Below the pieces are notes generated by a model that saw only the letters and a program-made list of their open reading frames with translations, was not told the DNA's origin and searched no databases. Below are positions 36,094-36,189 of a DNA stretch of 36,189 nt, piece by piece. Position 1 is the stretch's first letter. The number at the start of each line of letters is the position of its first letter. This stretch comes from a virus. Lineage: Duplodnaviria; Caudoviricetes. Location: positions 1 through 36,189 of the IMG/VR virus record IMGVR_UViG_3300005077_000086; one strand, given 5' to 3'. A program made the translations under genes and the position numbers.

Positions 36094-36155
36094 CATGCAG
36101 AGCTAAACGACGTGGCGAAGCCATGTAGCGAAGCGGCGTTTAGCGAGTGTTAAGT
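36088..36155. mobile_element. attC-like hairpin (site E), same body as site C
   Basis: From TAAC onward identical to 34451-34515. Confidence 0.75.
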
Positions 36156-36189
36156 GAAGTTGCCGACATGACAGCAACAAGGGAGTGAA
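36091..36189 (+). repeat. 99-bp exact direct repeat of 34451-34549 at the contig end
   Basis: TAACATGCAG…GGGAGTGAA identical in both places; upstream bases differ (GCC vs ATA). Confidence 0.95.

Noticed and set aside
33723-36189. CRISPR array or rho-independent terminators as an explanation for the hairpins
   Set aside because: Hairpin bodies differ in sequence and length, are separated by whole genes, lack U-tracts and share TAAC/GTTA ends.
36091-36189. Direct terminal repeat showing genome completeness
   Set aside because: The repeat matches an internal position (34451), not the contig start.
1-36189. Host assignment, tRNA genes and alternative genetic code
   Set aside because: No tRNA-like cloverleaf was noticed, core genes are intact in the standard code, and the host cannot be supported from the sequence alone.

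Overview
The window is a near-complete, probably circular or circularly permuted genome of a tailed (podovirus-like) bacteriophage. The minus strand (24301->1897) carries one long late operon: large terminase, P22-type portal, probable small terminase, scaffold, N4-gp56-type major capsid, two paralogous decoration proteins, adaptor, two tail fibres, an embedded lysis module (M23 endolysin), tail hub, ejection proteins and a degenerate PurD-like ATP-grasp protein. The plus strand (25210->36189, continuing at 1->1430) carries early genes: small regulators, a replication initiator with internal iterons, primase-helicase, a frameshifted Cas4-like exonuclease, DUF1367, radical SAM/SPASM, VRR-NUC and HNH. 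The most striking structure is an integron-like gene-cassette array that spans the two contig ends (33723-36189 plus 1-1005). It has six attC-like TAAC...GTTA hairpins, and each cargo gene is bracketed by its own 9-20 bp inverted repeat. The cargo includes an RNA ligase, a truncated C5 DNA methyltransferase and a radical SAM enzyme. Several clues place the crossover at the TAAC end, so each hairpin appears to travel with the downstream gene. No integrase is visible in the window. A second candidate system is a promoter-driven hairpin RNA (~24423-24495) whose loop is complementary to the ribosome-binding regions of up to three phage genes. All protein assignments come from motif recognition only; no database searches were run.
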